From positions 5,518,001 to 5,582,000 of the forward strand of contig OY740804.1 in NCBI GenBank assembly GCA_963514005.1: a stretch of 64,000 nucleotides of DNA. Reading direction: 5' to 3'. Position numbers and translations under genes: made by a program. This stretch comes from Raja brachyura. Its lineage: Eukaryota. Each line of letters starts with the position of its first letter. Within the stretch, counting starts at the first letter, position 1. The notes under the pieces are model-generated. The model ran no database searches. It was not told the origin of the DNA and was given only the letters and a program-made list of their open reading frames with translations. This document shows positions 13,801 to 27,100 of this stretch, in pieces.

Positions 13801-15355
13801 AAGGAAAACCTCATCCCTTCACCTGCACTCTCCTGCTCAGTAAGAACTTTACATATTTCGAACATAGTACATCTAGAGTTGAGAAGACCATCTGTAGCAA
13901 TGCTGCTAAGACCAGCATTTCCAATCAAACTTTCTTCTGCTACAGAAATTGCCTTCTTTGTGGGGGGTTTCTGTGGTCACGATGGTTGAATCTTCTTGGT
14001 TTAGGATCTCACCCAGAAATTTGCAGTTCAGGCAGTGATGTACTCTACCAGTTGGCACTGAGGTGCTCGTAGGTCATGTGCTCATGTACTGGGGAGGGAC
14101 GTTGTAGACGGGAACATTTCACGGTGACTCTGGGCTTGTTTTCAGAAAAAATATTTTAATTTCAAATTGGCCAACTTTGGTTACACATGTCCTGGGGAAG
14201 ATGCCCTCAGATACAAAGCATTCAGTGCCTTTTACACAACCACATTTACATTACCTTCCTCTCGTTCCTCCAACTTGCATTCTCAGTGAGTATAAAAGAT
14301 AAAGGAATTCATGTATATTGCTCTGTTGTGCTGCAGCAAGTACATACTGTATGACAATACAACACACCTTACTCACTTCTTGCACTGTAATAGGCTATAA
14401 AAGCTATGAATAGTTCTGCAGTTCCACGCTACATTACTCCCCTTCCTTTGCCCATTTCCCCTTGGCTGCGCAGTATCTAGGGATCAGCTCACGTATGAAC
14501 ATTTTATTTGCAACTGGTCACTGAGGAAGTTAAAATCCAGTCTTGACCAAGTTTCAGTGAAGCCCCTTACCCAGGCTTGAGGATCATTTTACATCTTGGC
14601 CTTACCTTAGCCCACTGTCCACTTGAACCCATTTTGTTGCTTGATCCATTGCCCCTTTACGGACTTGAACCCACAGACAATGGGTTGTGGTGTGCTTAGA
14701 CAGACCCTTTGCAACAAATGATGATGGGAGGGTTGGGGAACTTGTGGATGGAGGGAATGAGAGTGGGTATGACAAGAATGGGAAGCAGTGCCAATTTATC
14801 ATTTGTATGCATGATCTAGGCTCATTCATTATACTGGCGGATGAAAGAGATTGGTGATGGTAGTGGAATTCATTAGGTCATTAGTGAAAGAAACAGACAA
14901 TTTGGCCCATCAAGGCTACTCCACCATTCTTTCATCGCTAATCTACCTCTCCCTCCTAACACCACTCTCCTGCCTTCTCCCCATCATCCCTGACACCTGA
15001 TGAATTGAACAAAACCGCTCAGAAAGAGCTGCACAAAGTATAGCTATAAAAAGATGCTGGTTTATACCAAAGACCAACCCAAAATGTTGGAGGAACTCGG
15101 ATGGTCAAGAAACATCTCTGGTGAAAATCGATTGGTATCAGTTTAGGTCAGGACCTTTCTACAGACCATCTGAAGAAGGGTTCCAACCTCAAAGGCCACC
15201 TGTCCATTTTCTCCAGAGTGGAGCGTGACTTGCTGAGTTACTCCAGTACTTTGTGCCCATCTTTAACAAAGTATAAAGCAGATTAATGCAGTGTAATCGG
15301 AACAGAGTGGTAAAGCAAGTATTGCCAAAAACTCACACCGAATTAAAAATCTCTC

Positions 15356-15631
15356 CTAAGAAACAACAGAGGCATAAATTGTCTCAGAGTTCTCTGGAGT
15401 CCCAGTAGATTGGGGTTTCCGATTTCCCTTTGGGCAGTTGCGATGAAAATTGACATCTGCATAGACTACAGCATTGTCAGTCACATGGTGCCTTGACCTC
15501 GACTTCCTTTGACAATTCACCACTGCATACGCGAGTTCACCTTCATTGTTATCCAAATGGTCAACTGCCCTGTTGTTTTCAAGTTGCTGCAGATTTGCAT
15601 AAACGTGGTTCCCTTCCAACACAGCCATTTC
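15356..15631 (-). CDS. Receptor B terminal cytoplasmic exon with ITIM/ITSM motifs
   Basis: Acceptor ttttag|GAA, phase 0. Motifs HVYANL, LAYAVV, VVYADV (ITIM-type) and TIYASV (ITSM). Stop at 15356-15358. Confidence 0.92.
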   Translation of the reverse strand, partial: EMAVLEGNHVYANLQQLENNRAVDHLDNNEGELAYAVVNCQRKSRSRHHVTDNAVVYADVNFHRNCPKGNRKPQSTGTPENSETIYASVVS

Positions 15632-16047
15632 CTAAAATATAACAACATTCAATTTTACAACCTAATATATCTGATAGGTCCTCAACAGATGTCTATTGCA
15701 AAATAGGTCTCAAAGTGTTCAGTGTACAGAACAAGCCATTGCTGTTGTTTACAACACAAAGATAGTGTAACACGGTGGAGCAACGATAGAGTTGCTGCTT
15801 AACAGTGCCTGCTACAGGTTTGTAGGTTAATTGGTTGGCATAATAGCAAATTGCCCCTAGTGTGAGCAGGAGAGTTTAGTGTGCGGGGATCACTGGTCGG
15901 CGTGGAGTCGGTGGGCCCAAGATCTTGTTTCTGCAATGGATCTCTTAAATGGTGTGGACTGGTGTTGCTAAATGGTCTGTGTCTACACATATAATTCAAT
16001 ATTATATATTCTTCATCACTCAGATAATTTATATTTCACATTTTTAC

Positions 16048-16094
16048 CTGGATGTCATTGTTCTCTTCACCGTGTGATGTATTGCAATTGGATT
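16048..16094 (-). CDS. Receptor B first cytoplasmic exon (ESNCNTSHGEENNDIQ)
   Basis: 47 nt, phase 1-0, canonical splice sites, links TM to ITIM exon in frame. Confidence 0.87.
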
Positions 16095-18028
16095 CTGGAA
16101 AATATGTTGTCGATAGGGCCATATTAGGAACAGGTTTAAACATCATTCATTCATATATTTCATTCATTTGTTCTATGTACCTTCTATATCTCTCATTTCT
16201 CGTTCCCCTGACTCTCAGTCTGAAGAAGGGGCTCAATTCTAAAAGTTACCCGTTCCTTTTCTGCAGAGATGCACCCTGACCCGCTGAATTGCTGGAGCAT
16301 TTTGTGTTTATCTTCAGTATAAACCACCATCTGCAGTTCCTTCCAATATACTGAAACATCTATGAGTTTTGTGCAAGACCTTATATTTAGGAGAACCCCA
16401 AAAGTACTGCTGTATATTTGGATGAACGGAGCAAAAATCTGCCCTGTTGTTCTGGTTACTGTACATATGTTCAGAATGGATCATATTCCCTGTGCTCTAC
16501 CCATCCCTCCTGAAAGCTGCCTAAACCTACTTGATCTCCCGGGTTTCTCAACCCTTTAACTACCATTCTCATTCCCACACTAACATTATTATCCTGGGCC
16601 TCCTCCGTTGTCAGAATGAGGCCCAGTGCAATTTGGAGGAAGAGCACCTCATATTTCGCTTGGGCAATTACACCCCAGCGGTATGAACATTGACTTCTCT
16701 AACTTCAAGTAGCCCTTGCTTTCCCTCTCTCTCCATTCCCTCCCCATTCCCAGTTCTTTGTCCAGTCTTACTGTCTCCGACTACATTCTATCTGTGTACC
16801 ATCCACTCCCCTGACATCTGTCTGAAAAAGTGTCTTGACTCGAAATGTCACACATTCCTTCTCTCCAGAGATACTGCTTGTTCCACTGAGTTACTCCAGC
16901 ATTTTTGTCTATCGTCCAAAACGTATCTGCTCCAGCAGGTTTTCATAAGTTCAGTAAGTGATAGGAGCAAAATTATGCTATTTGGCCCATCCATCTACTC
17001 ATTCACTCATGGCTGATCTATCTCTCCCTCCTAACCTCTTTCTCCTGCCTTCTCTCCACAATCCAGGACACCTGTACTAATCAAGAATCTAACTATCCAT
17101 CTATGCCATAAAAATATCTATTGACAGCCTCCATAGCATTCTGTGGCGAAACATTCCACAGATTCATCACCCTCTGACAAAATAAATTCTTCCTCATCTC
17201 CATCCTAAAGGAATGTCCTTTAATTCAGAGGTTATGACCTCTGGTCCTGGACAGTCCCACTAGTGGAAACATCCATTCTACATCTACTCTATCCAGGACT
17301 TTCACTATTTGATGTTTCAATGAGGTTCCCCCCTCTTTTCCCTCTTACCCTGTTGTAATGGGTCTTGGATCTGAAATGTTTACTGTTTACTTTCCACTAA
17401 TGCTCTCTGACTGAGAAACAGCTCAGTGAACTTTCACATTTTCATCGGCGATGGAGATAGTTGGCAGCTTCAAGTTCATGGGCGTTCACATCTTGGGTTA
17501 CCTGTCCAGGCTAAACCTGCCCTGCCTCAACTACCTCCTCTGGCAGCTCCTGCCATATACCCACCACCCTCTGTGTGAGGCAGGTATGTTGTACGTTGTC
17601 TATGTCCCTGTGAGGCTGCAGGCGTGATCTTCATTGTAACAGTACTTCACCGTGCTTGTGCATGTGGCAATAAACAAGACTTAACCCGATTCGAAATACA
17701 ACAGCTAATCACACAAAGCATATTCTAACAGCTGAGAGGATGAGAGTATCAATGTAAATCTTACTTCTACCCAGCCTCTTAGTTCTCTACCATGTCTGCC
17801 ATTTCACACTGAGACAGTTTCTGTACAATGATGTTCTAAGAACAGTTTTGTCACCGAATCACCATGATAGCATCAAATATGATAGCATTATTGATCAATT
17901 ATGCTTCCTCCTACATTTATTATTTTAATACAGTGCATTTGTTGATTAGAACAGAATAAAATCTCTTGCATTCTGCAAGTAACTGAGACATATATTGTGA
18001 AATTATTTAAGGGAAATCAGGAACTCAC

Positions 18029-18117
18029 CCTTGGTTTTACGCTTTCGGTACCAACAGAAGGCAATGATGAGAATCAGGAAAAGCACAGTGACACCAGGCG
18101 CAAATATGTAAGTGATC
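18029..18117 (-). CDS. Receptor B transmembrane exon (ITYIFAPGVTVLFLILIIAFCWYRKRKTK), uncharged TM
   Basis: 89 nt, phase 2-1, donor GG|GTGAGT. Not in the ORF track; translated by hand. Confidence 0.9.
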
Positions 18118-18379
18118 CTGTCAGACAGAGAATAGGGAAGGGTGAGACATGGCTCATCATTGATTCTTGGCCTTCAGTAAAGAACAAAAGTCAAGCGTTA
18201 ATATGGCACCTTTCATGATTTTTCTGAAGTGTGCAGCAAAGGAAATGAAGTGTAGAGTCTGTTTCAGTGGATAATGCAACATATAATTGCTCACAGTAAG
18301 GTGACATTGACCAACGATCATGAAACCTGTTGAAGAGCAATTGGGTCCAACCATTAAGGAGCAATGCATGGGAACTGCA

Positions 18380-18752
18380 CGGGAAGATTGCACGGGAAGA
18401 TTGTTCCCGATGTTGGGGGAGTCCAGAACAAGGGGTCACAGTCTAAGGATAAGAGGGAATTCCTTTAGGGCCGAGATGAGGAAAACATTCGTTACACAGA
18501 GAGTGGTGAGTCTCTGGAATTCTCTGCCACAGAAGGTAGTTGAGGCCAGTTCATTGGCTATATTTAAGAGGGCGTTAGATGTGGCACTTGTGGCTAAAGG
18601 GATCAGGGGGTATGGAGAGAAGGCAGGTACGGGATACTGAGTTGGATGATCAGCCATGATCACATTGAATGGCGGTGCAGGCTCGAAGGGCCGAATGGCC
18701 TACTCCTGCACCTATTTTTCTATGTTTCTATGTTTCTATGTTTCTATGTTCT
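18380..18752 (+). mobile_element. CR1 3' fragment
   Basis: RTRGHSL...TQRVVSLWNSLP, 3' UTR, (ttctatgt)n tail. Confidence 0.9.
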
Positions 18753-20273
18753 AACTGTTACAACTTTTGCAATGATTAGTTTAGTTTAGTTCAGCTGAGT
18801 TTGGTTTAGTTTAGTTTAGAGATACAGCATGGAAACAGGCTTTTCGGCACACCAAGTGTTCAACGGCCAGCAATCCCCATACACTAGATCTACCCTAAAC
18901 ATTAGAGACAATTTTATAGAAGCCAAGTAACCTACAAACCTCCACGTCTTTGGAATGTGGGAGAAAACTGGACCGTTTGGAGAAAACCCACGTGGTCACT
19001 GAGAGAACGAACAAACTCCATACAGACAGCAATCATAGTCAGGATCGATCACAAGTCTCTGGGGCAGTACAGCAGCAACTCTACCACTGTGCCACATGCC
19101 AAAGAGAGAACAATGCACTTGGTTCACAACAAATCCCACCCCAATGACATTCACAACTCCATCTCCACAAATATTGGTTTGGACGGTGACTGTTCGCTTA
19201 GAGCTGTCTGGAATATGGAACATCATCAACATATCCAGAAGGCGGCTCATCATGACCATCTCAAGGTCAACAGTGTGACCTAACGTGCCTACCACCCAGG
19301 CTCACGTTCTAAGTGGAGACACTTCCTGCTGTTGGAGTGACTGGCATTGAGCCTTTGACCAACTCTACAAGGTGTTGCCATACGTGATATCAAATGTGGT
19401 GTTTTAGCCCATAATTCACTATGCATTTTCCTATCAATACCACACCAGAGCAAGGCAAAGCGACAATACTTGGGTTTGGCAACTATACTCATTTCACACC
19501 ATGGGATGAGGTTAGTGATGGAGAAGTCATGGTGAATACTGAAGGGAAGCCCTCTGAAGGGCAACAAATGGAGGAACTTGTTCTTATCACCCAAGCATAT
19601 ACACAACACAATGAGATGTAAACCAGTGCAATTTCCCTTCTGACGTGTTAAGTACTATCTGGTTTGCAAGTTATATACTTATATTATTTTAGAATAAAGT
19701 AATAAGAAATAGGAGTCGAATTAAGCCAATTGGCCCATCAAGTGTACCGTGCCATTCAAACATGACTGATCTATCTCTCCATTCTCCTGTCTTCTCCCCA
19801 TAACCTCTGACACCTTGATCATCGTAACTTTTTTGCATATCTTTCATTCATTCTTTTATATATTTCTGTATCACCGTTAATATCACTCTCGTTTCTCTTT
19901 CCCCTGACTCTCACTCTGAAGAAGGGTCTCAACCCGAAACGTTACCTATCCCTTTTCTCTAGAGGTGTTGGCTGACCCGCCAAGTGACTCCAGGTCTTTA
20001 TTCCTATATTCAGTTGAAACCAGCATCTGCAGTTCCTTCCTACACAATGAAAGCAAACTATGCAGACCAAACATAGATGGCACCTAAGTTCAGGGTCTTG
20101 GCATTGTGAGGCTGTGGTTCCACTGGCTGTGTCACTGTGTATTCAGATCATTACTCCAACTGGACTTTAATGCCAGTGAACGGAAGACTCAACTTTCTCC
20201 CAATTGAAGCAACCCCACTCATAACACCAGCAATTAGTACATGGCACCTTTCATTGGAAACAGAGTAGTTTAC

Positions 20274-20322
20274 CATGAAGAATCATTGGATCCTTTCGAA
20301 GTTTCACAAGAATATCCATGTC
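20274..20322 (-). CDS. Receptor B stalk exon (GHGYSCETSKGSNDSSW)
   Basis: 49 nt, phase 1-2, acceptor ttccttattccaacag, donor GTAAAC. Bridges C2 to TM in frame. Confidence 0.8.
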
Positions 20323-21091
20323 CTGTTGGAATAAGGAAATAAAAATCAGTTTCACTGCTTTTCACTTGCAGTTGAACAAGAGAGCATGCTTGTCCGATGT
20401 AAGGATTTTATAGGCTTAATAGAAAGGGCAATGGTTCTTCATTGAAATTTGCAGCAGATGGGAGATGTTGTCATGATAAGCTGATGGATGACAACTCAGG
20501 TCACCAACAATACGGCAGCACAGTGGTAGAGTTGCTGCCAATGAATGCAGCCCGAGTTAGATCACGGCTATGGGATGGTGTTAATGTGCAGGGATGGCTC
20601 GCTGGTCGGCGGGCCCTCGCTGGACGGCGCGGACACGGTGGGCCGAAGAGCTTGTTTCCGCATTGTATCTCTAAACTAAAGGCGTGCAGTTTTGTAGGTT
20701 AATTGGTTTCTGTAATTTGTCCATTAATTTAGAATTGTCCCTAATTGTAGAATTGGTGTACCGGTGAAAGGCAGCTGCTTCCACGCTGGATCTCTAAACT
20801 AAACTGGATAGATGGGGTTTTTATTCCACACAGGAGAGGAATGAGGAAGCTATTGCAGGTGTGCAAATCTATGAGGAACATAGATAGGGAACTTCGTGGG
20901 AAATCAGCACAGCAGATGTGCGTAGAAGTGGAGAACATTGGGTTGGATTAAGGAGTAGAATATTTGGATGGTATCTGACCAAGAAATATTTTTAAACCTA
21001 GATGGTGGAGGCACTTGAATTGTCAAGTCTGAGAAGACTATGGATGAGGGGCTGGTAAAAATGGGATAAGTATCGATGGTAACACATTAAT

Positions 21092-22125
21092 TAGGTATGT
21101 TACAAAACTTACCTTGACCAGTGCTGCAGTTCTGCCGCTCCCCGTGTGCGCGACTTTGGCGCCTTTCAGAGGGGGACGGGCTTAAAGTGCCGTTTTTCCA
21201 CAGGCAGGAAAAATCGATGAATGTCGGGCGATTTCGTTGCAGAAGAAAAATCGTTCCGACATTTCATGAATGAAGGTATTTTTAAATTACTCTAAATTAT
21301 TTGTTAACTAGAGTAATTTAAAAATCACCTTCAAAAGCCGTGAGAACCGACAACCGGTAGGATTTTGCGTAGGGGAGAAAAATTGGTAAATAGTTTATTT
21401 TTATATTAAAAGTTGGTTTTTCGGGAGGCTTTAATAATATTTTCATGTTGCGAAATGAGGTCCAAAAAAATGTATGAACCAACAGTATTTTTCCTCATGA
21501 CTTCACCGCTAACCACAATGTTCCAATCCACCGCATTCCACTAAAACCCACTCGCTAGTTGATTTAAATGGCCATTCATTTACAGGCATTAAACACTAAA
21601 TTCCTTCCATTTGGCCCAGAAATTCATGAAAATTAGATTTAAAAATTATGTTATATTGTGGATTATTGTGTGAATGTTATTTGGACACTTAGGCAATTAA
21701 AAAAAAGTTTATCTTTTCTTAAGAAATGGATAGATGTTTAGATCTACTCATTGAATTTTGTAATTAGCTACAATTAGATAACTAACTAATTATATGCTTT
21801 AATTTCAGGTCATCCAAGTAAGATTGTTTCATATTTATTTCAGAATGCATCAATCTATAATAAGTGAAAATTTCATTGAGTTCTATTAATTTTGAAGAAA
21901 GTTATGGGCTTTTAACTGATCCAGATCGCAGCTTTTGAGTTAAGTCTATTGAAAGGCAATGGGGAACAAGATGCTAATTTCCGAGTATGAAAATGGCCAT
22001 AACTTTCTTAATACTGAAGATATGAAAGTGAATTAGGTGTCAAATTAAACTTATTTTTATGCTTTATCTGATGGGATAAATTGCAGACTTGATTTTTAAA
22101 ATCTCAAAATTTTGTAACATTGCTA
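21092..22125. mobile_element. Non-autonomous DNA transposon (about 1 kb, hAT-like)
   Basis: Terminal inverted repeats TAGgtATGTTACAAAA / TTTTGTAACATtgCTA, flanked by the direct repeat cattaat. No ORF. Confidence 0.75.
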
Positions 22126-22583
22126 CATTAATTGTAACACAGTGGACCAAAGCTGATAGTGTCTAGGAGTTAACTGTGGCCACATTTACGGATAATTTCT
22201 GTTCACTTCCCATATTTGAGCGTCGGTCATGTGGAGATGATGGAAAGTGAAAGTGCTTGGACTGATGTCACTTCAAACCTAGTTTAAAGCTGTGTAAACA
22301 TAAGAGGAAGTTCTAGGCAGGAAGCTGGCCTACACCAGCACTGGGAAATCTATTTCTGGAGCTCAGCAACCAAGTATGGACAAATAGGCCATAATTCCAC
22401 CATATTAATCTTGATAAGTTAATTAAATAATGTGCATGGATTTCAGGGTGTTGGGGGTTAGGGGGTGAAGAGGGGAAGATAGATCAGCCATGATAGAATG
22501 GTCTATTTCTGCTTTATCACATGATCCTATGAACCACCCCACGCCCACTTCCCCTTCTTCTCCTCATTCCCACCACTACTTAC

Positions 22584-22904
22584 CAGTGCCGTTGATTTTC
22601 ACTAAGAAACTGCAGCGAACATCACTGCTGGAGATGGACACGTTGACCATTTCACTGGATTTTGCTCCATTATTATTTGAGGCTGTGCAATAATATTGAT
22701 GGTGCTGGTGTTTGAAGGATTGACAATGTAGATCCAGGGAATTGTTGTCTGAGATATTTGAATCCACTGATGGGGTCTTTTCATACCAGGTGTAGCTAAT
22801 TGGAAGGGAACCCCTGACCGACTCACAGGACAGGGTCACTGAGCCCACGTGACAGGAGACATTGGCTAGTGACAGAAATCCAAGCACAGGAACAGACACG
22901 GGGT
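22584..22904 (-). CDS. Receptor B membrane-proximal C2-type Ig exon (type b)
   Basis: 321 nt, phase 1-1. SVTLSCESVRGSLPISYTWY...QYYCTASN is an FcR/FCRL/PECAM-like pattern. Confidence 0.92.
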
Positions 22905-23596
22905 CTGTGGAAAGGAGCAAACAATCAGATACTGAGTGAACATTTGATAATCAAACACTCGCCAACAACCACCTTCTGTGTATCTTAGCCAGAGCCGGCA
23001 GGTTGGAATCTGACCCATCCTTCTACGTAGAGTTAGAGTCATCCAGCGTAGAAACAGGCCCTTCGGTCTAAGTTGACCATGCTGACAAATATGCCCTATC
23101 TGCATTAGTTGCACCGGCCCTTGCTTGGCCCCTCTAAACGTACCCTACTCATGTACCTGCCCAAATATTTCTTAAATGTTGCGAAAGTACCTGCCATAGC
23201 TACTTCTGTCGGCAGTACATTTCATATACCTACCAACCTTGTGTAAAAACGTTACTCCCCAGATTCTTAAATCCATCCATAAAACTATGTCCTCAGGTTC
23301 TCGATTCCCCCACTCTGGACTAAAGGCTCTGCATTTACTCGATCAATTCACCGCATGATTTTTGTTTACCTGCCAGAAGATCATCCCTCATCCTCCTGCG
23401 CTCCAAGAAATAAAGTCATCGAACCCTCCCTCAACCCGTCCCTGTAGGTCGGGCCCTCAAGTCATTGCAATATCCTTGTAAGTCTTCTCTGCGCCCTATC
23501 CAACTTGTCAGCATCGTTCCTATAACATGGTGATTAAAACTGACCACAAAACAGACAAATCATCAGACAAATCTTGGATTCTCTTTTACATTTCAG

Positions 23597-23850
23597 GAAT
23601 TACCAGCTGAAAGGGAAGCATTGTTTATGCAACAGTGTTGGATATTCAAAGCAACAAGGAAGCTGCCCATATGTCTAATGAGAATCAAACTGTGTATGGA
23701 GTGCAATTTCAAAGGAAATCGACATGGACACACTCCAGTACAGATGAGGACAAGGTCAGCTACTCAAAGCAACAGCCAAATTGCCCATCAGAAAGCTCCT
23801 TCTCCTCACAATCCATTTACCAGATTTATACATCTCCGTGTCTCTCCATC
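23597..23850 (+). pseudogene. Inverted, frameshifted ITIM-tail exon relic (copy 1)
   Basis: Acceptor ctcttttacatttcag|GAA. IVYATV...NQTVYG.QFQRKS...DEDKVSYS aligns with the receptor B terminal exon. Confidence 0.8.
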
Positions 23851-24162
23851 CTCCTAGTTGCCAAAACTACCATGTCTGCCACTGTACCAGTACACAGCAG
23901 CACCATCTCTCTTTGTTTTATATTTCTAGCATCTGCAGTTAATCTTCTTTTAATCTGAAACTCTGCCACAATTCGACAAAACCAACATTCAATCACCTCA
24001 TTAGTGCAACTATCAACAACTTTTTAATTAGTGTATAAACTTGTTGATAGTGATAGTGTTGCACGAATGAGGTGTGTGAATGGCGGTATTGTAGAATTGT
24101 GTGCAGGGAGCGAATGGGAAAGAGGAATTACATAGAACTAGTGTGACTGGTGATCGCTAGTC

Positions 24163-27100
24163 AATAGACAATAGACAATCAACAACAGGTCCATTCGGCC
24201 CTTCAAGCCAGCATCGCCATTCAATGTGATCAAGGCTGACCATTCCCAATCAGTACCTCGTTCCTGCCTTCTCCCCATATCCCCTGACTCCATCAACTTT
24301 AAGAGCCCTATCTACCTCTCTCTTGAAAGTATCCAGAGAACCGGCCTCCACCGCCCACTAAGGCCGAGAATTCCACAATCACAACTCTCTGTGAGAAAAA
24401 GTGTTTCCTCGTTTCCGTTCTAAATGGTTTAGCACATATTCTTAAACTGTGGCCCCTGGTTCTGGACTGCCCCAATATCGGGAACATGTTTCCTGCCTCT
24501 AGTGTGTCCAAACCTTTAACTATTTTATATGTTTCAATAAGAATCCCTCTCATCCTTCTAAGCTCAAGAGTGTACAAGCCCAGCTGCTCCATTCTCTCAG
24601 CACATGGCTGTCCTGCCATCCCGAGAATTAAATTTGTATACGTACACTGCACTCCCCCACTAGCAAGAATGTCCTTCCTCAAATTAGGGAACCAAAACTG
24701 CAGATAATACTCCAGGTACAGTCTCACTAGGGCCCTGTACAACCGCAGAAGGACCCCTTTGCTCCTGTACTCAACCCCTCTTGTTGTAAAGGCCAACATG
24801 CCAATCGCCTTCTTCACTGCCTGTTGTACCTGCATGGTTGCTTTCATAGACTGATGTACAAGGACCCCCAGATCCCATTGTACTTCCCCTTTTCCCAACT
24901 TGACGCCATTTAGATAGTAATCTGCCTTCCTGTTTTTTATACCGAAGTGGATAACCTCACATTTATCCATATTAAACTTCATCTGCCAAGCATCTGCCCA
25001 CTCCCCCAACCTGTCCAAGTCACCCTGCAACGTCATAGCATCCTCCTCACAGTTCACACTGCCACCCAGCTTTGTGTCATCCGCAAATTTGTTAATGTTA
25101 CTTTGAATCCCTTCACCCAAATCATTGATGTATATTGTAAATAGCAGCGGTCCCAGCACTGAGCCTTGCGGTATCACACTTGTCACTGCCTTCCATTCTG
25201 AAAGGGACCCGTTAATCCCTACTCTTTGTTTCCTGTCTGCCAACCAATTTTCTATCCATGTCAACACTCTGCCCCCAATACCATGTGCCCTAATTTTGGC
25301 CCACTAATCCCCTATGTGGGACCTTAACAAATGCATTTTGAAAGTCCAAGTTAACTACATCCATTGGCTCTCCCTTGTCCATTTTCCTAGTTACATCCAC
25401 AAAAAATTTCAGAAGATTAGTCAAGCATGATTTCCCCTTCGTACATCCATGATGACTCGGACCGATCCTGTTACTGCTATCCAAACGTGCGGCTATCTCA
25501 TCTTTTATAATTGACTCCAGCATCTTCCCCACCACCGGTCAGGCTAACTGGTCTATAAATCCCTGTTTTCTCTCTCCCGCCGTCCTTAAAAAAGTGGGAT
25601 AACATTAACTACCCTCCAATCCACAGGAACTGTTCCTGAATTTATAGAACATTGGAAAATGATCACCAATGCATCCACAATTTCTAGAGCCACTTCCTTA
25701 CGTACCCTGGGATGCAGACCATCAGGCCCTGGGGATTTATGAGCCTTCAGTCCCATCAGTGTACCCAACACCATTTCCTGCCTAATGTGAATCTCCTTCA
25801 ATTCCTCCGTCACCCCAGATCCTCTGGCCACTGCTATATCAGAAAGATTGTTTGTGTCCTCCTCAGTGAAGATGGATCCAAAGTAGCTGTTCAACTCACC
25901 TGCCATTTCCTTTTTTCACCTTTTTCAGTCTTCAAAGGTCCAATTTTGGTCTTAACTAATTTTTTCCTCTTCACATACCTAAAAACGCTTTTACTATCCT
26001 CCATTATATTCTTGGCTAGCTTAACTTTGTACCAAATCTTTTCTCCCCGTAGTGTCTTTTGAATTATCTTCTGTTGCTCTTTAAACATTACCCAATACTC
26101 TTGCTTCCCGCTCATCTTTGCTACATTCTCCTTTATTTTTATACTGTCCCTGACGTCCCTTGTCAGCCATGGTCGCCCTTTACTCTCCTTGGAATCTTTC
26201 TTCCTCTTTGGAATGAACTGATCCTGCACCTTCTGTATTATTCCAAGAAATACCTGCTATTGTTGTTCCACTGTCATCCCAGCCAGGGTATCTTTCCAGT
26301 CAACCTTGGCCAGCTCCTCCCGCATGGCTCCATAGTCCCTTTATTCAACTGTAACACTGACACCTCCGATCTACCCTTCTCCCTCTCCAATTGTAGATTA
26401 AGCCTGACCATATTATGGTCACTACCTCCTAATGGCTCTTTAACCTCAAGTTCCTTTATCAAATCCTGTTCATTACATAACACTAAATCCAGAATTGCCT
26501 TCTCCCTGGTAGGCTCCAGTTCAAGCTGCCCTAAGAATCCACCATGAAGGCACTCCACAACCTCCCTTTCTTGGGGTCCAGTACCAACCTGATTTTCCCA
26601 GTCTACTTGCATGTTGAAATCTCCCATAACAACCGTAGCATTACCTTTACTACATGCCAATTTTAACTCATGATTCAACTTGCACCATATACGCAGGCTA
26701 CTGTTTGGTATTTTTAATTAGGGTCTTTTTACCCTTACAATTCCTTAGTTCTATCCATACTGACTCCACATCTCCTGTTTCAATGTCACCCCTTGCAAGG
26801 TACTGAATTTAATTCCTCACCAACAGAGCTACCCCACCCACTCTGCCCACCTGTCTGTCTTTTTGATGGGAGGTATACCCTTGGATATTCAGTTCCCAGC
26901 CCTGGCTCTCTTGCAGCCATGTCCCTGTAATTCGCACAACATCATACTTGCCAATTTCTAACTGAGCCTCAAGCTCGTCCACTTTATTTCTTATACTTCG
27001 CGCATTTATATACAACACTTTCACCTCCGTATTCACCACCCCTCTTGCAGCGCTCGCAATTGGCCCTGACCCTATTGTTATATTCCGTCTCGAACTTTCC

